This document shows, in pieces, positions 50,448-59,917 of a stretch of DNA of 64,000 nucleotides (within the stretch, counting starts at the first letter, position 1; each line of letters opens with the position of its first letter). The notes under the pieces are model-generated. The model ran no database searches. It had not been told where the DNA came from and saw only the letters and a list, made by a program, of their open reading frames with translations. The position numbers were made by a program, and so were the translations under genes. This DNA comes from a virus (Duplodnaviria > Caudoviricetes): the IMG/VR virus record IMGVR_UViG_3300013936_000014. One strand, 5' to 3'.

Positions 50448-50519
50448 CGTCCGAAAAAACAATTCCCTTTGCGGCGGGGTTATGCCGCAACGCCATTGAG
50501 GCAATAGGAGGAAACAAAA

Positions 50520-51155
50520 ATGCCAAATTATGTGAAAAATGCAATAACCTTCAAAACAACCGAAGGTTTGGAGAGATTCAAGAAGGCTTATATGCCGGAC
50601 GGAGAATTCTCCTTCAATTCCATAGACGAGATGCCCGCGTCTCTGGACATCGAAAGGGGCGGCAAAACGCTGCTTGCTTTCAAGATATACGTCACCAAGA
50701 ACCATATAGAAGGCGTCGAATATCCTTTGACTCTGGATTTGACCCCCGAAAAGCTCGAAGAGGTGTATTCTCACCTTTCCGAGAAAGAAAAGAAAGATTA
50801 CCTGAGACTCGGAGAGCAGATAGTCTCCAATCTCAGAGAATACGGCTGTGCCGACTGGTATGAGTGGAGGATTTCCCATTGGGGCACGAAATGGGACGCG
50901 AAAGAGGTTCAGATCGACGCGAAAACCCACTCGATCGTATTCCAGACGGCGTGGTCGGCTCCGATGCCGATCATAGAGAAGATCGCAAGGGAAATGAAAT
51001 CCCAATTCGCGTTCTCTTATGCAGATGAGGATATCGGCTATAATTGCGGAGTGTTCCTCTTTGGGGGAAAATACGGGTCCCAAGGATTCGGAGCGGAGAT
51101 GAGCGGGACGCCGGAAGGGAAGGAATTGGCCAAAAGACTATGGGACGCGGAATAG
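50520..51155 (+). CDS. DUF1281/YubB ferredoxin-like domain protein
   Basis: MPNYVKN, DWYEWRISHWGTKWD, FQTAWSAP, YADED. Confidence 0.75.
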   Translation: MPNYVKNAITFKTTEGLERFKKAYMPDGEFSFNSIDEMPASLDIERGGKTLLAFKIYVTKNHIEGVEYPLTLDLTPEKLEEVYSHLSEKEKKDYLRLGEQIVSNLREYGCADWYEWRISHWGTKWDAKEVQIDAKTHSIVFQTAWSAPMPIIEKIAREMKSQFAFSYADEDIGYNCGVFLFGGKYGSQGFGAEMSGTPEGKELAKRLWDAE

Positions 51156-51181
51156 CCGCGGCGAAAAAAAAGGAGGCAACC

Positions 51182-51292
51182 ATGAAAAACGAACAGAAAG
51201 TCTACGCAGAGATCTATTCTTACGGGGTTTCGGACCACATCGTATGGACAAAGTCCATAACATCTTCAATAAGAAGTACGACAGTCTTTTAA
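51182..51292 (+). pseudogene. 36-aa chimeric remnant of the duplicated 52009-53088 block
   Basis: 51194-51243 is identical to 52018-52067; 51243-51369 matches 52962-53088 with 3 mismatches. Confidence 0.85.
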
Positions 51293-51313
51293 ATTAAGGT
51301 CTGTTGTCAATTC

Positions 51314-51369
51314 CCGTCCCGAGCATGACGCTAAAAGGCTCTGGTTGGACTTCCATTAAAAGTCAACGA
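51314..51369 (+). repeat. Intergenic element type A (pseudoknot plus hairpin-CAACGA), copy 1
   Basis: CCGTCCCGAGCATGACGCTAAAAGGCTC...CAACGA. Confidence 0.9.
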
Positions 51370-51394
51370 TGTGTTCATTAGGAGGAAAACAAAA

Positions 51395-51991
51395 ATGGCT
51401 AACATTTGTTCAAACCAATACCGCTTCGTCTTCTCGACGGAAGAAGCGGCGAAGAAATTTGTCGAATTCGTAGAAAAGGAGACCGAAGAAAACTCTTCGG
51501 TTTATTTGCTCGGCATCAAAGCCGGCATCGCCGATGCGAATAACAGAGACGTTAGAGAATGGGAGGATACCGTGTCCTTCCGTTCTCCAGAAAACAAAAA
51601 AGAGGTGATGATTTACTCCGAGTCGAAATGGACGCCCTGTCCGAACGCTTGGAACGACATTGCGAAGACCTTCGACGAGAGGGTCGCAACATATTACGAG
51701 GCCGAAGAACCAGGATGCGGAATTTGGGCTTCTAATGACCCGGATTTCATTGGGAAATTTGTCGTCGATCCTTGTGTCGGGGAGGGATTCCCCGAAATTG
51801 ATAAACTCAATTATGGGGTTTACAACTACGAAGAAGTCGTGAAAATTCTTGATAGACTTCTAACAGGGAAAGGAGCCGGAATCCTTGATGATCTTGAGAC
51901 GTTGCTCTCGAAATTGAAGGCATCCAAGTACAAGGATGTTTTGTACGTTAATGAGATCATTGAGCAGCCACTCTCTAACTGGAAACAGTAA
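51395..51991 (+). CDS. Hypothetical protein (YubB-like)
   Basis: MANICSN, SESKWTP, YYEAEEPG. Confidence 0.65.
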   Translation: MANICSNQYRFVFSTEEAAKKFVEFVEKETEENSSVYLLGIKAGIADANNRDVREWEDTVSFRSPENKKEVMIYSESKWTPCPNAWNDIAKTFDERVATYYEAEEPGCGIWASNDPDFIGKFVVDPCVGEGFPEIDKLNYGVYNYEEVVKILDRLLTGKGAGILDDLETLLSKLKASKYKDVLYVNEIIEQPLSNWKQ

Positions 51992-52008
51992 GAAAAGGGG
52001 AATAGGAT

Positions 52009-52293
52009 ATGAAAAAGCAGAAAGTCTACGCAGAGATCTATTCTTACGGGGTTTCGGACCACATCGTGTGGTTCGACTCTCTGGAAGAGGCGGAAAAAGC
52101 GCTAGAAGAGCATATCGCCGCCATGCGGAAGGTCGGCGATTACGAGATCTTCAGAGATTCCGTTGCCGACGGGATCAAGATGACGGAGGGCGACATGTCC
52201 ATCACCATCTACATCCCATCGGGAAACGACGACGAGTGCGACCTTAACGTCGCCTTTGTCATCATCAGACCAATGAAAGGAGAAGGGAAATGA
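52009..52293 (+). CDS. Hypothetical protein
   Basis: ORF with RBS. Confidence 0.65.
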   Translation: MKKQKVYAEIYSYGVSDHIVWFDSLEEAEKALEEHIAAMRKVGDYEIFRDSVADGIKMTEGDMSITIYIPSGNDDECDLNVAFVIIRPMKGEGK

Positions 52294-52625
52294 AAACGTA
52301 TAATCTCAAAGTCGAAAAATGGAACATAGAAGAGGAGACGGGTTACAAACCGCTGTTCACCTTCTATGAGGATTTCTCCATCGCGGAGCCCTTCGGGGCT
52401 TCCGCCGTCGAGGAGACTTTCGATAGGATCTTCGAAGAGTGGAAAGGGGATCATAAAGCCCTGACCGAACTCGTGATGGCCCTCAATTGGAAAGTCTGGG
52501 TTCTTTTCGAAAGGGGGTCCAAACTGGCGGAAGTCTATTCCAGACTTTGGAATAAGGCGGACAGCTATGCCGTCTCTCACCTCAAAGGCGAGGAACTGTC
52601 GTACTTCTACAGGACGACAGACTGA
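52290..52625 (+). CDS. Hypothetical phage protein
   Basis: TFYEDFSIAE.FG, LTELVMALNWK, YFYRTTD. Confidence 0.7.
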   Translation: MKTYNLKVEKWNIEEETGYKPLFTFYEDFSIAEPFGASAVEETFDRIFEEWKGDHKALTELVMALNWKVWVLFERGSKLAEVYSRLWNKADSYAVSHLKGEELSYFYRTTD

Positions 52626-52633
52626 AAACGATC

Positions 52634-52687
52634 CGGGGAAGGAAAACCCCTCAAACCGCTTTGGGGATTCAGCTCAAATCCCAGCGA
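52634..52687 (+). repeat. Intergenic element type B, copy 1
   Basis: CGGGGAAGGAAAACCCC..AAACCGCTTTGGGG..hairpin..CAGCGA. Confidence 0.85.
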
Positions 52688-52716
52688 CATTGAAGCAATC
52701 ATAGGAGGAAAACGAA

Positions 52717-53016
52717 ATGAAAGACTTCAAGAAATTAGCCAAGCTCGTCAAGGAGCTCGACGCTCAGGACATCTGGGCCTACATGCTTGAGATCGCTACC
52801 GTCATCGACGGCAGAGGCGACCTCTCCGAAGGGCAGAAAGAGGATGCTTACTCTTTAGCGTCAACGGAATTCGAGAATTCCGAGGACAGCTCCATCGGCG
52901 CCAACGTCTTCGCCGAGGCGGCCATCGAAACCGTCTTGGATGAGGATTACGATGAGGATGATATGGACAAAGTCCATGACATCTTCAATGAGAAGTACGA
53001 CAGTCTTTTAAATTAA
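52717..53016 (+). CDS. Small acidic protein
   Basis: GGAGG RBS; D/E-rich. Confidence 0.7.
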   Translation: MKDFKKLAKLVKELDAQDIWAYMLEIATVIDGRGDLSEGQKEDAYSLASTEFENSEDSSIGANVFAEAAIETVLDEDYDEDDMDKVHDIFNEKYDSLLN

Positions 53017-53032
53017 GGTCTGTTGTCAATTC

Positions 53033-53088
53033 CCGTCCCGAGTATGACGCTAAAAGGCTCTGGTTGGACTTCCATTAAAAGTCAACGA
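53033..53088 (+). repeat. Intergenic element type A, copy 2
   Basis: As copy 1, with GAGT giving a U.G pair. Confidence 0.9.
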
Positions 53089-53111
53089 CGCGTGTTTTGA
53101 TAGGAGGAAAA

Positions 53112-53765
53112 ATGATCATGAAAAACACAATTCAACAAAATTTGGCCGCCGCGGCGGCAGCCAAGAAGGCAGAAGAAGCGGCAAGGAAAGCAAGGGCCGC
53201 AGAGGAGGCCGAACGAGCAAAAATCGAGGCTTTTGCCAAAGAACATGCCGATGTCGGCATTTCCACGATAAAAGGCATCATCGATGCCGCGAAGAAAGGA
53301 GAGCTCTTCTTCATCGCCATGGGAAAAGACGGCTTGGTCGCCGATTATGCGACCTCCGCGAAAGACGCCCAAAAACACGTTGAATGGATTTACAAATCCG
53401 CCCGTGAAAACAAGGAGGAATTGCTTCTCGATTCCTCAGCCATCATGGCCGGCATGATGGAAATGCAAAGAAAGTTCCAGATCGCGCATGACGCGATCGA
53501 AGCGGGGCTAATCCCAGAAGACGTCATCATCGACGAAGACAACGTCGAACACTGGGTGGCGGGCAACAGAGCCTACTCGACCGATGGGGTTGAGGAAGCA
53601 AACCTCGACGATATCGAGACGAGACTTTCTCTCAAAGACCGCAAAACGCTCCTCAAGGAGAGGATCAAAAAGTATCAGGAGCAATTGAAAGCTCTTGAGG
53701 AGGAAGAGGAGGGAGATGCAGACTCCTCTTGGGAGGAAGAAAACGACGGCGAAGAATATGAATGA
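53112..53765 (+). CDS. Hypothetical protein with acidic tail
   Basis: GGAGG RBS. Confidence 0.65.
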   Translation: MIMKNTIQQNLAAAAAAKKAEEAARKARAAEEAERAKIEAFAKEHADVGISTIKGIIDAAKKGELFFIAMGKDGLVADYATSAKDAQKHVEWIYKSARENKEELLLDSSAIMAGMMEMQRKFQIAHDAIEAGLIPEDVIIDEDNVEHWVAGNRAYSTDGVEEANLDDIETRLSLKDRKTLLKERIKKYQEQLKALEEEEEGDADSSWEEENDGEEYE

Positions 53766-53783
53766 TAAAACTTTGATTGCTTT

Positions 53784-53836
53784 CGGGGAAGGAAACCCTC
53801 CAAACCGCTTTTGGGGTTCAGCTCAAATCCCAACGA
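53784..53836 (+). repeat. Intergenic element type B, copy 2
   Basis: CGGGGAAGGAAACCC..AAACCGCTTTTGGGG..CAACGA. Confidence 0.85.
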
Positions 53837-53864
53837 AATTTTTCAAGAAAAGGAGAAAAATGAA

Positions 53865-56198
53865 ATGAGTTTTCTGAAAGAAACCAAATATGACGCAGGT
53901 CAGATCAGAAAAGACCTCACCTGGGAAGAAGCCAAGAAATTGCCTCTGTACATCAGCACCCCGAAAGGGAACGTCTGGGAAGGAGACAGAAAGGTCTCTT
54001 CGGAGGAGATCAGCGCCGGCAACTGCTACATAGCGAACGTCAGCGGCAAAGACATCCTCCTTTATTTCTTCGAGAAGGGGGAGTTCAATGGGATGAAAGG
54101 GGTCAGGCTCCATCTCATAAGGAAACGCCTGTCAAAGGCAAAATCCAAAGAGGAAATCTCCGTCGACGCGACCGGAGCGGAGCCGAATTGGATTTTCATA
54201 ACGCCCGATTGGAAGGCTTATGACAAGCAAGGGGAGCCCATATCCGCAAAGAGCCACTCGTACGGACGTGGCACGGGCTTTGGGTATTATGAGATTTCCG
54301 ATTGGAGGAAATATTCCCATGACCTCAGGATAACCGGCGAATTCAAAGAAACCCCTTATAACGAAAAGTCCGAGTGGCTGTCCCCGGCCAGCGTGGAGAT
54401 CCTGAAGGAAGCCGGATTCGACATGGAGACGAGGCCGGTTTCAAACTGGGAATTGCGGTGCGACTATTGCACTGAGGCTCCGGACGATTCCTACTCAATA
54501 GAATGGTTCGTGGGGAATCTCCTTCACCCCAACCGGATAAACCGAAGAAAGAAGATGTGCGCTTCTTTGCTTCACGACTATCGCTTCTATGATTCTTTTC
54601 TCGGAGGAAGGATATTCGGGATCCTAACGGAGAACGACCAAGCATACGGTGTCTTTCACTTGTTAAAAGAAGTATATAAATCGAATGCAATAATCGTATT
54701 CTCTTTGAAGATGCAGGGAAAGAAAGACATCCCGCCTTTTCTGGTCACGGAGAAAGGAAGCAAGACCATCTCTTCCGAGTTCATGCTCGAAAGCATGAAG
54801 GTGAGACCTTGCTGGTTCTCAAATTCGGAAAATTTGACCGCGGAGGAAATCTTGAAAGAGCTCGTCTCTCATGAAAGCTCCTTGGAACGAACGGAGGTCT
54901 TCAAGAATCTAATTCCTTTGCTGAAAGAGACTTTGAAAGAAATCTCCGTGAAAGGAGAACCTTCTTTCGACGCGATATGCAATCTGCTCTATCTTTTGAC
55001 CCCCAATGGGCAAAAAGACAGGGTTTTTGAAGAGACGCTGAAAGAAAACGGATTCGAAGAGGCGATGTCTGCCTCAGATTTCTTGGGGAAGATAGCTTGG
55101 AATTTGCCGCCCAATCTCAAAAAGAAAACCCCTTATTCTCAGGTGGGCTTGCCCAAAAAGATGTATTACGAGCTGAAGCGGCTGCCAAGAGGAAAAGGGG
55201 AAACGATAAATCTCGGTGGTATAATTCAGGCCATTTCCCCACGTTCTGACAGGGTGTCGTGCACAAATTCAAAAGAGAGAAAGGAGGCATACAAACCTTT
55301 TTTGGATTTCTGCTCCCATGCGGATCCGGCATTTCTGGACGCTTTCGCGGAATTCTCCGCGAGAGTCAAACAGATTGGAGGGAGATTCATGGGCAGGGAA
55401 GATTGGGCCACCATGTTCAGTCTGGGCGGAGGAGACCCCGCATCTCCGGTATCAGCCAAAATCAAGACTCTCGGCAGATCGATAAGGAAGATGCCCTCAG
55501 ACAATAGCAACCTGAAAGGCCTGCTGGACTATGAATGGGCCGATTACTACAGGCAGATAGAGGAGCTATCCCCCCTTGGGCTTGACTGGCCAAAGAGATA
55601 CGAGGCTTTCTCTTCCAAAAACGTCGCCTACTTCCTGAAGACCGTCAAAAGACGCTTCCCATCAATAGTGGACAACTCATACGCTTTGACAGAGAATGAC
55701 TTAATGTCGGCTCCTCTGGAGAAGAAAATGACGATGTTGCATGCGCTGCAGAATCTCATCTCCTCGGAAAACGAGCTGGAAATCGAGAAGGCGGAAATAG
55801 CGGGGCTGGACAACAAGTATGCACCATGGAGGGCGCAGCTTGCAAAATCCCTGTCCTGGAAAGGCAAAGATCTGGAGATCATCATCCCGGAAAGCCTGGC
55901 CGAACTTACCAGGGAAGGGCGGCTTCTCTGCCACTGCGTCGGCAGCTACAAGCAAGATGTCGCCGCCGGGAAAGAGGGCATCCTCTTTCTGAGAAAGCTG
56001 TCTTCGCCCCAAACCCCCTTCTTCACGATAGACGTGGTGAAAAAGGATGGGAAGTTCTCGGTGAGGCAGTGCCATGGGAAATGCAACAGCAATCCCACAC
56101 CGGAAATCGTGGAGGCCCTGAAACAATGGGCAAAAGCCACCGGGAAGATCGATGAGAGCTCAATCTCTTCGGCCTACAGGGCCCTCTGCCATCTGTGA
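53865..56198 (+). CDS. PcfJ-like domain protein
   Basis: C-terminal IIPESLAELTREGRLLCHCVGSY...ILFLRK...PFFTIDV...QCHG. Confidence 0.8.
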   Translation: MSFLKETKYDAGQIRKDLTWEEAKKLPLYISTPKGNVWEGDRKVSSEEISAGNCYIANVSGKDILLYFFEKGEFNGMKGVRLHLIRKRLSKAKSKEEISVDATGAEPNWIFITPDWKAYDKQGEPISAKSHSYGRGTGFGYYEISDWRKYSHDLRITGEFKETPYNEKSEWLSPASVEILKEAGFDMETRPVSNWELRCDYCTEAPDDSYSIEWFVGNLLHPNRINRRKKMCASLLHDYRFYDSFLGGRIFGILTENDQAYGVFHLLKEVYKSNAIIVFSLKMQGKKDIPPFLVTEKGSKTISSEFMLESMKVRPCWFSNSENLTAEEILKELVSHESSLERTEVFKNLIPLLKETLKEISVKGEPSFDAICNLLYLLTPNGQKDRVFEETLKENGFEEAMSASDFLGKIAWNLPPNLKKKTPYSQVGLPKKMYYELKRLPRGKGETINLGGIIQAISPRSDRVSCTNSKERKEAYKPFLDFCSHADPAFLDAFAEFSARVKQIGGRFMGREDWATMFSLGGGDPASPVSAKIKTLGRSIRKMPSDNSNLKGLLDYEWADYYRQIEELSPLGLDWPKRYEAFSSKNVAYFLKTVKRRFPSIVDNSYALTENDLMSAPLEKKMTMLHALQNLISSENELEIEKAEIAGLDNKYAPWRAQLAKSLSWKGKDLEIIIPESLAELTREGRLLCHCVGSYKQDVAAGKEGILFLRKLSSPQTPFFTIDVVKKDGKFSVRQCHGKCNSNPTPEIVEALKQWAKATGKIDESSISSAYRALCHL

Positions 56199-56202
56199 TA
56201 CC

Positions 56203-56255
56203 ATGTCCTGAGCATGACGTTAAAAGGCTCGGCTTTGCAGGCCTCAATGCAACGA
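56203..56255 (+). repeat. Intergenic element type A, copy 3
   Basis: ATGTCCTGAGCATGACGTTAAAAGGCTC...TGCAACGA. Confidence 0.88.
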
Positions 56256-56282
56256 TGTGTTAAACGAAAGGAGAAAATAGCT

Positions 56283-57029
56283 ATGGAAAACGTTAACACA
56301 AACAAGGACATCAGAACAGATGTCAAGCCGATCATGGACAAAATAAAAGTCCATGGAAAACCGATTGACAAATCGGATTTTTGGTTCTACGTCGAGGGAG
56401 ACCTCAAAACGGTCTTCCATGTCTCCGAAGGAGACGGGACGAACCTTTCGGAAGAAGATGAGGCCGAAGGATTCTCTGATTATATCTATTACGACACCTA
56501 TGAGGGGGCAATCTCCTACAGGATGATCGATGCCTTCATGGAAGGCGATACTGAGGCGCTTGACGACCTCGCGTCGGACGGAGGGCAGGTCATGCTTTAC
56601 AATCATTATACGGATTTGTCTTTGAAGCAAATCTGCTACAAAGTTCTTGATATGACCGGCTACAGCCATCCGGAGAATCTTGTAGTCAGAATTCTTTCGG
56701 GGGCGTGCGCAGACGCAGTTTTCCTCGATAAGGACTTGCCGGAGGATTCGTTGGCGAGGCAGACCTGCATCGCCATTTGGTACAAAACCAAAGGCGATCC
56801 TCTCAAGGCCATGGAGATCCTCAAAAAGAAGATCCCCCTTGACCAAGCCTACATCAGAGGCGTAGCCAAGGCAGAAAAAAGAGAAATCGAAAGACTAGGG
56901 GCGAAACTCCGCGTCGTAACCGACGAGGATTTCCCAGATGAGCTCAAGAAGATCACTCCAATCTCCCTCTGCTATATCGAAAAAGACGGGATGTACTCTT
57001 CTTTGCCGATTTTCTGCGGTATAAAATAA
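56283..57029 (+). CDS. Hypothetical protein with a C-terminal DprA-N-terminus-like segment
   Basis: AIWYKTKGD...ILKKK...VVTDEDFPDELKKI. Confidence 0.6.
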   Translation: MENVNTNKDIRTDVKPIMDKIKVHGKPIDKSDFWFYVEGDLKTVFHVSEGDGTNLSEEDEAEGFSDYIYYDTYEGAISYRMIDAFMEGDTEALDDLASDGGQVMLYNHYTDLSLKQICYKVLDMTGYSHPENLVVRILSGACADAVFLDKDLPEDSLARQTCIAIWYKTKGDPLKAMEILKKKIPLDQAYIRGVAKAEKREIERLGAKLRVVTDEDFPDELKKITPISLCYIEKDGMYSSLPIFCGIK

Positions 57030-57043
57030 AGGAGGAAAAGAAA

Positions 57044-57289
57044 ATGAAGCGTCAAATTAGGAAGGTCTTCCGCACCGAAAAGATGCAGAGACTCGCCCAA
57101 GAAGTAGTCGACAGAATCGACTATTCTGCAGAGGAACTCAGCGACTCTCTCGTTGAGGCCCTTGATGCTGCCGTCACGTGGAATGAGGATAAGTGGGCGG
57201 TTGTCGCCTACTACAGCCTCCCCGAGAAACCGTTGCCTTATGATAAGGCGGCTTGCAGATTCTTGGAAGACCTCACGAACTGCGTCTGA
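57044..57289 (+). CDS. Hypothetical protein
   Basis: GGAGG RBS. Confidence 0.65.
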   Translation: MKRQIRKVFRTEKMQRLAQEVVDRIDYSAEELSDSLVEALDAAVTWNEDKWAVVAYYSLPEKPLPYDKAACRFLEDLTNCV

Positions 57290-57294
57290 AAGAC

Positions 57295-57344
57295 CCGTCC
57301 CGAGCATGACGTTAAAAGGCTCGGCTTGCGGCCTACCGCAACGA
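57295..57344 (+). repeat. Intergenic element type A, copy 4
   Basis: Core plus TTGCGG-ccta-CCGCAACGA. Confidence 0.9.
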
Positions 57345-57374
57345 CGTGGTAATATATCAAAGGAGGAAAATGAT

Positions 57375-57950
57375 ATGAAAATCACCAAAAAAGAATTTCT
57401 GCAGAAGGATACTTGGGTCAACAAAGACTCAAGAACCATTATCACATCCGACATCACTTGGCTAGAAGGTGTCGGAGAAGTCCATCATGGCTTCAATATG
57501 AAGCAGAATATGGATAAGACCAAATTCGAAGAGGCTATGAAATGGAAAAATCCAGGAGATTACATCCTGGAAAAATATCCGGCCGACGGAACTTTTCTCC
57601 CGAATAGGCTTATCAGGCTCTCCATCGATGAGGCCTACGACAAAGTATCACAATGGGGGCGCGCGGAGAGCTTCACTTATGAAGAACACTCATTTGATTA
57701 CCAAATTTCTCTATGGAGAGGATACGGATATCAGATGAATACGTCTTTGGCTTTCGAAGCCAAAGACGAAGAGGAGGCTCTCATAAAAGCGTCTCTGGCC
57801 GACCCGAACGCCGATATAGAGGAGGCCGATGAGGGGCAGGTTCAAAACGAGCCGCCAGTTGATCAGGCGGTGTATTTGGACCGTTCTGAGTACGATGCAC
57901 CAAATATCTACTTGAACATTGAAAATGCACGAGTAGAAAAACTTGACTGA
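57375..57950 (+). CDS. Hypothetical protein
   Basis: AGGAGG RBS. Confidence 0.65.
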   Translation: MKITKKEFLQKDTWVNKDSRTIITSDITWLEGVGEVHHGFNMKQNMDKTKFEEAMKWKNPGDYILEKYPADGTFLPNRLIRLSIDEAYDKVSQWGRAESFTYEEHSFDYQISLWRGYGYQMNTSLAFEAKDEEEALIKASLADPNADIEEADEGQVQNEPPVDQAVYLDRSEYDAPNIYLNIENARVEKLD

Positions 57951-57965
57951 AAGGAGGTGAGAGCC

Positions 57966-58367
57966 ATGACACTGACCTATTGGTTCGGCAAGGACAACGA
58001 CGTCGAGTTCGAATACGAGGTCGACGAGAGATACGCGGATTATCTCGCGGATTATCTCGAAAACGAATATTCGAGCGTCGAGGAGGCCGTCAAAGACATC
58101 TACAAAGACGTGGACGACGAGGAAGAGGAGCAGGAGGCGCTCAAGTGCGAAAGCCTGAGCGACCTCGCGAGCTTCATCCGCGAGAGAGACGAATCCTGGG
58201 CCGAGGACATAGTCTGCAGAGATGGGAGCTACGTCGACTATCTCGAAGAGACCCTCAAAGACAAATACGAAGACGAGGCCAGCGAAGCGTTCGACGACGA
58301 GAACGACGGCTGCGACCCGGACGGCTTTTATGGCTGGGACGATTACTGGCATTGGAAGAACGGCTAA
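57966..58367 (+). CDS. Highly acidic small protein
   Basis: AAGGAGGTG RBS; very D/E-rich. Confidence 0.7.
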   Translation: MTLTYWFGKDNDVEFEYEVDERYADYLADYLENEYSSVEEAVKDIYKDVDDEEEEQEALKCESLSDLASFIRERDESWAEDIVCRDGSYVDYLEETLKDKYEDEASEAFDDENDGCDPDGFYGWDDYWHWKNG

Positions 58368-58373
58368 GCGCGT

Positions 58374-58427
58374 CGGGGAAGGAAAACCCTATAAACCGCT
58401 TTTGGAGTTCGGCTCAAACCCCAACGA
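58374..58427 (+). repeat. Intergenic element type B, copy 3
   Basis: CGGGGAAGGAAAACCC..AAACCGCTTTTGG..CCAACGA. Confidence 0.85.
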
Positions 58428-58454
58428 TCTCGCGCATTTGGGAGGAAAAATGAA

Positions 58455-58844
58455 ATGGCGACATTCAGAATCAAAGCCACCGCGACGGTGGAAATCGAAA
58501 AAGAGATAGAGGCCTCATCGAAAGAAGAGGCCAGAAAGCTCTTCTTTGACAACGGCTTCTCCGACATCGTCGAAGAAGCCGACTCGGCATCCGTGGAGGA
58601 CATCGACGTCGACGAGGTGGACATGGTCAGCATGAGATACGTGGTCAAGGCGTACGACATCAGGTATTTCCTCGATGATGAGGAGCCAAGGAAGAATCTT
58701 CCGACGGAACTCATCCTGGAGATCGACTCCGACGGGGAGAAAGAAGACGTCGATTTCGACGGCCTCGTCGGCGACGCGATCGAGGACAGGATCGGATACG
58801 AGCCCGTCAAAGACTTCAAATACCGCGTAATCGAGGCAAAATGA
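58455..58844 (+). CDS. Acidic hypothetical protein
   Basis: GGAGG RBS. Confidence 0.65.
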   Translation: MATFRIKATATVEIEKEIEASSKEEARKLFFDNGFSDIVEEADSASVEDIDVDEVDMVSMRYVVKAYDIRYFLDDEEPRKNLPTELILEIDSDGEKEDVDFDGLVGDAIEDRIGYEPVKDFKYRVIEAK

Positions 58845-58901
58845 CGCAAACCGTCCCGAGCATGACGCTAAAAGGCTCCTTTTGCGCAAGTTGCGCAACG
58901 A
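58845..58901 (+). repeat. Intergenic element type A, copy 5 (57 bp identical to copy 6)
   Basis: Direct comparison. Confidence 0.92.
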
Positions 58902-58924
58902 TGCTGAGAAATCACAGGAGGAAA

Positions 58925-59833
58925 ATGAAAATGAAAGATTTCAGCAAATTAAGCAGAGGAGAGAAAGCCTTTGCGATGAATGAGGTCATCGAAAGCCTCA
59001 ACGTCGAGACGGCATACTATTCCGATTGGCTCAACGAATGGCCGGACGGGGCCACCATTGAAGAGGCAAAAGACGATTTCGACATTCATGCCTCGGACTC
59101 GAAAGAGGACCGGGACTCCAAGGAAAGCCTTTGGGAAACCCTGGAAAGAAAATTCCGGATCAGAGTCGAGATGTTCGGATGCGAGGATGGCCGCTCCATC
59201 CAAGAGGAGGACGTCGTCGGGCTCTGGGTCCCGAAAACCAAGAATCCGGAGTATGAGGAAGATGAGAGGGGAGGAGGCTTCGCCATCCTTAAAGGCGAGG
59301 AAGGAAAGCTCAATAGGGTGAGAAAGACCCTCGAGGAGCTTGGATATCCCCTTACCCCGACGGAAGAAGGAAAGAATTACTATTCCTTCTTCGTGGACTG
59401 GAGGAAATGGAGGCTGCAGAAAGCGGTCTCCTTCATCCTCAAGTCGGCAGAGTGGCTTAGTCAAGAGGAATGCGGGTGTTGCACCATCCGCCTGACGAAG
59501 AACACCCAGCTTGCCGTTGGATGGGCGAACGGCTTCGATCCCGACGACAAAACGATCATACATTCCAAAACACAGCCCGAATGGGCGATCGCCGTGGCGG
59601 TCAAATCCCTCAAGGGCGACGACTTGAAGACGGATCTCGAATGGCTCACGACGCCATATGTGGCCGAAGGCGAGGATGAGGGCCTGGTGTTCTCCCAGCT
59701 GGAATGGACGCTGAGCCCGACGGGCACGGAGGATGACGCGAGAAGGGCGTTCTCCTACCTGATGTCTCAGCTGGACGGCATCATCAAGGGATACCGCCTG
59801 ATGGCTGACGGCAGATGCCTGCTCCGCAAATAG
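58925..59833 (+). CDS. Hypothetical protein
   Basis: GGAGG RBS; flanked by identical 57-bp repeats. Confidence 0.65.
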   Translation: MKMKDFSKLSRGEKAFAMNEVIESLNVETAYYSDWLNEWPDGATIEEAKDDFDIHASDSKEDRDSKESLWETLERKFRIRVEMFGCEDGRSIQEEDVVGLWVPKTKNPEYEEDERGGGFAILKGEEGKLNRVRKTLEELGYPLTPTEEGKNYYSFFVDWRKWRLQKAVSFILKSAEWLSQEECGCCTIRLTKNTQLAVGWANGFDPDDKTIIHSKTQPEWAIAVAVKSLKGDDLKTDLEWLTTPYVAEGEDEGLVFSQLEWTLSPTGTEDDARRAFSYLMSQLDGIIKGYRLMADGRCLLRK

Positions 59834-59834
59834 C

Positions 59835-59891
59835 CGCAAACCGTCCCGAGCATGACGCTAAAAGGCTCCTTTTGCGCAAGTTGCGCAACGA
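59835..59891 (+). repeat. Intergenic element type A, copy 6
   Basis: Identical to 58845-58901. Confidence 0.92.
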
Positions 59892-59917
59892 CTTGCTTGT
59901 ATAAGGAGGTAAAATAT

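Noticed and set aside
51314-51369. Type A elements as complete pistol ribozymes
   Set aside because: They lack P2, the GCG motif and the GU cleavage junction present at 47925
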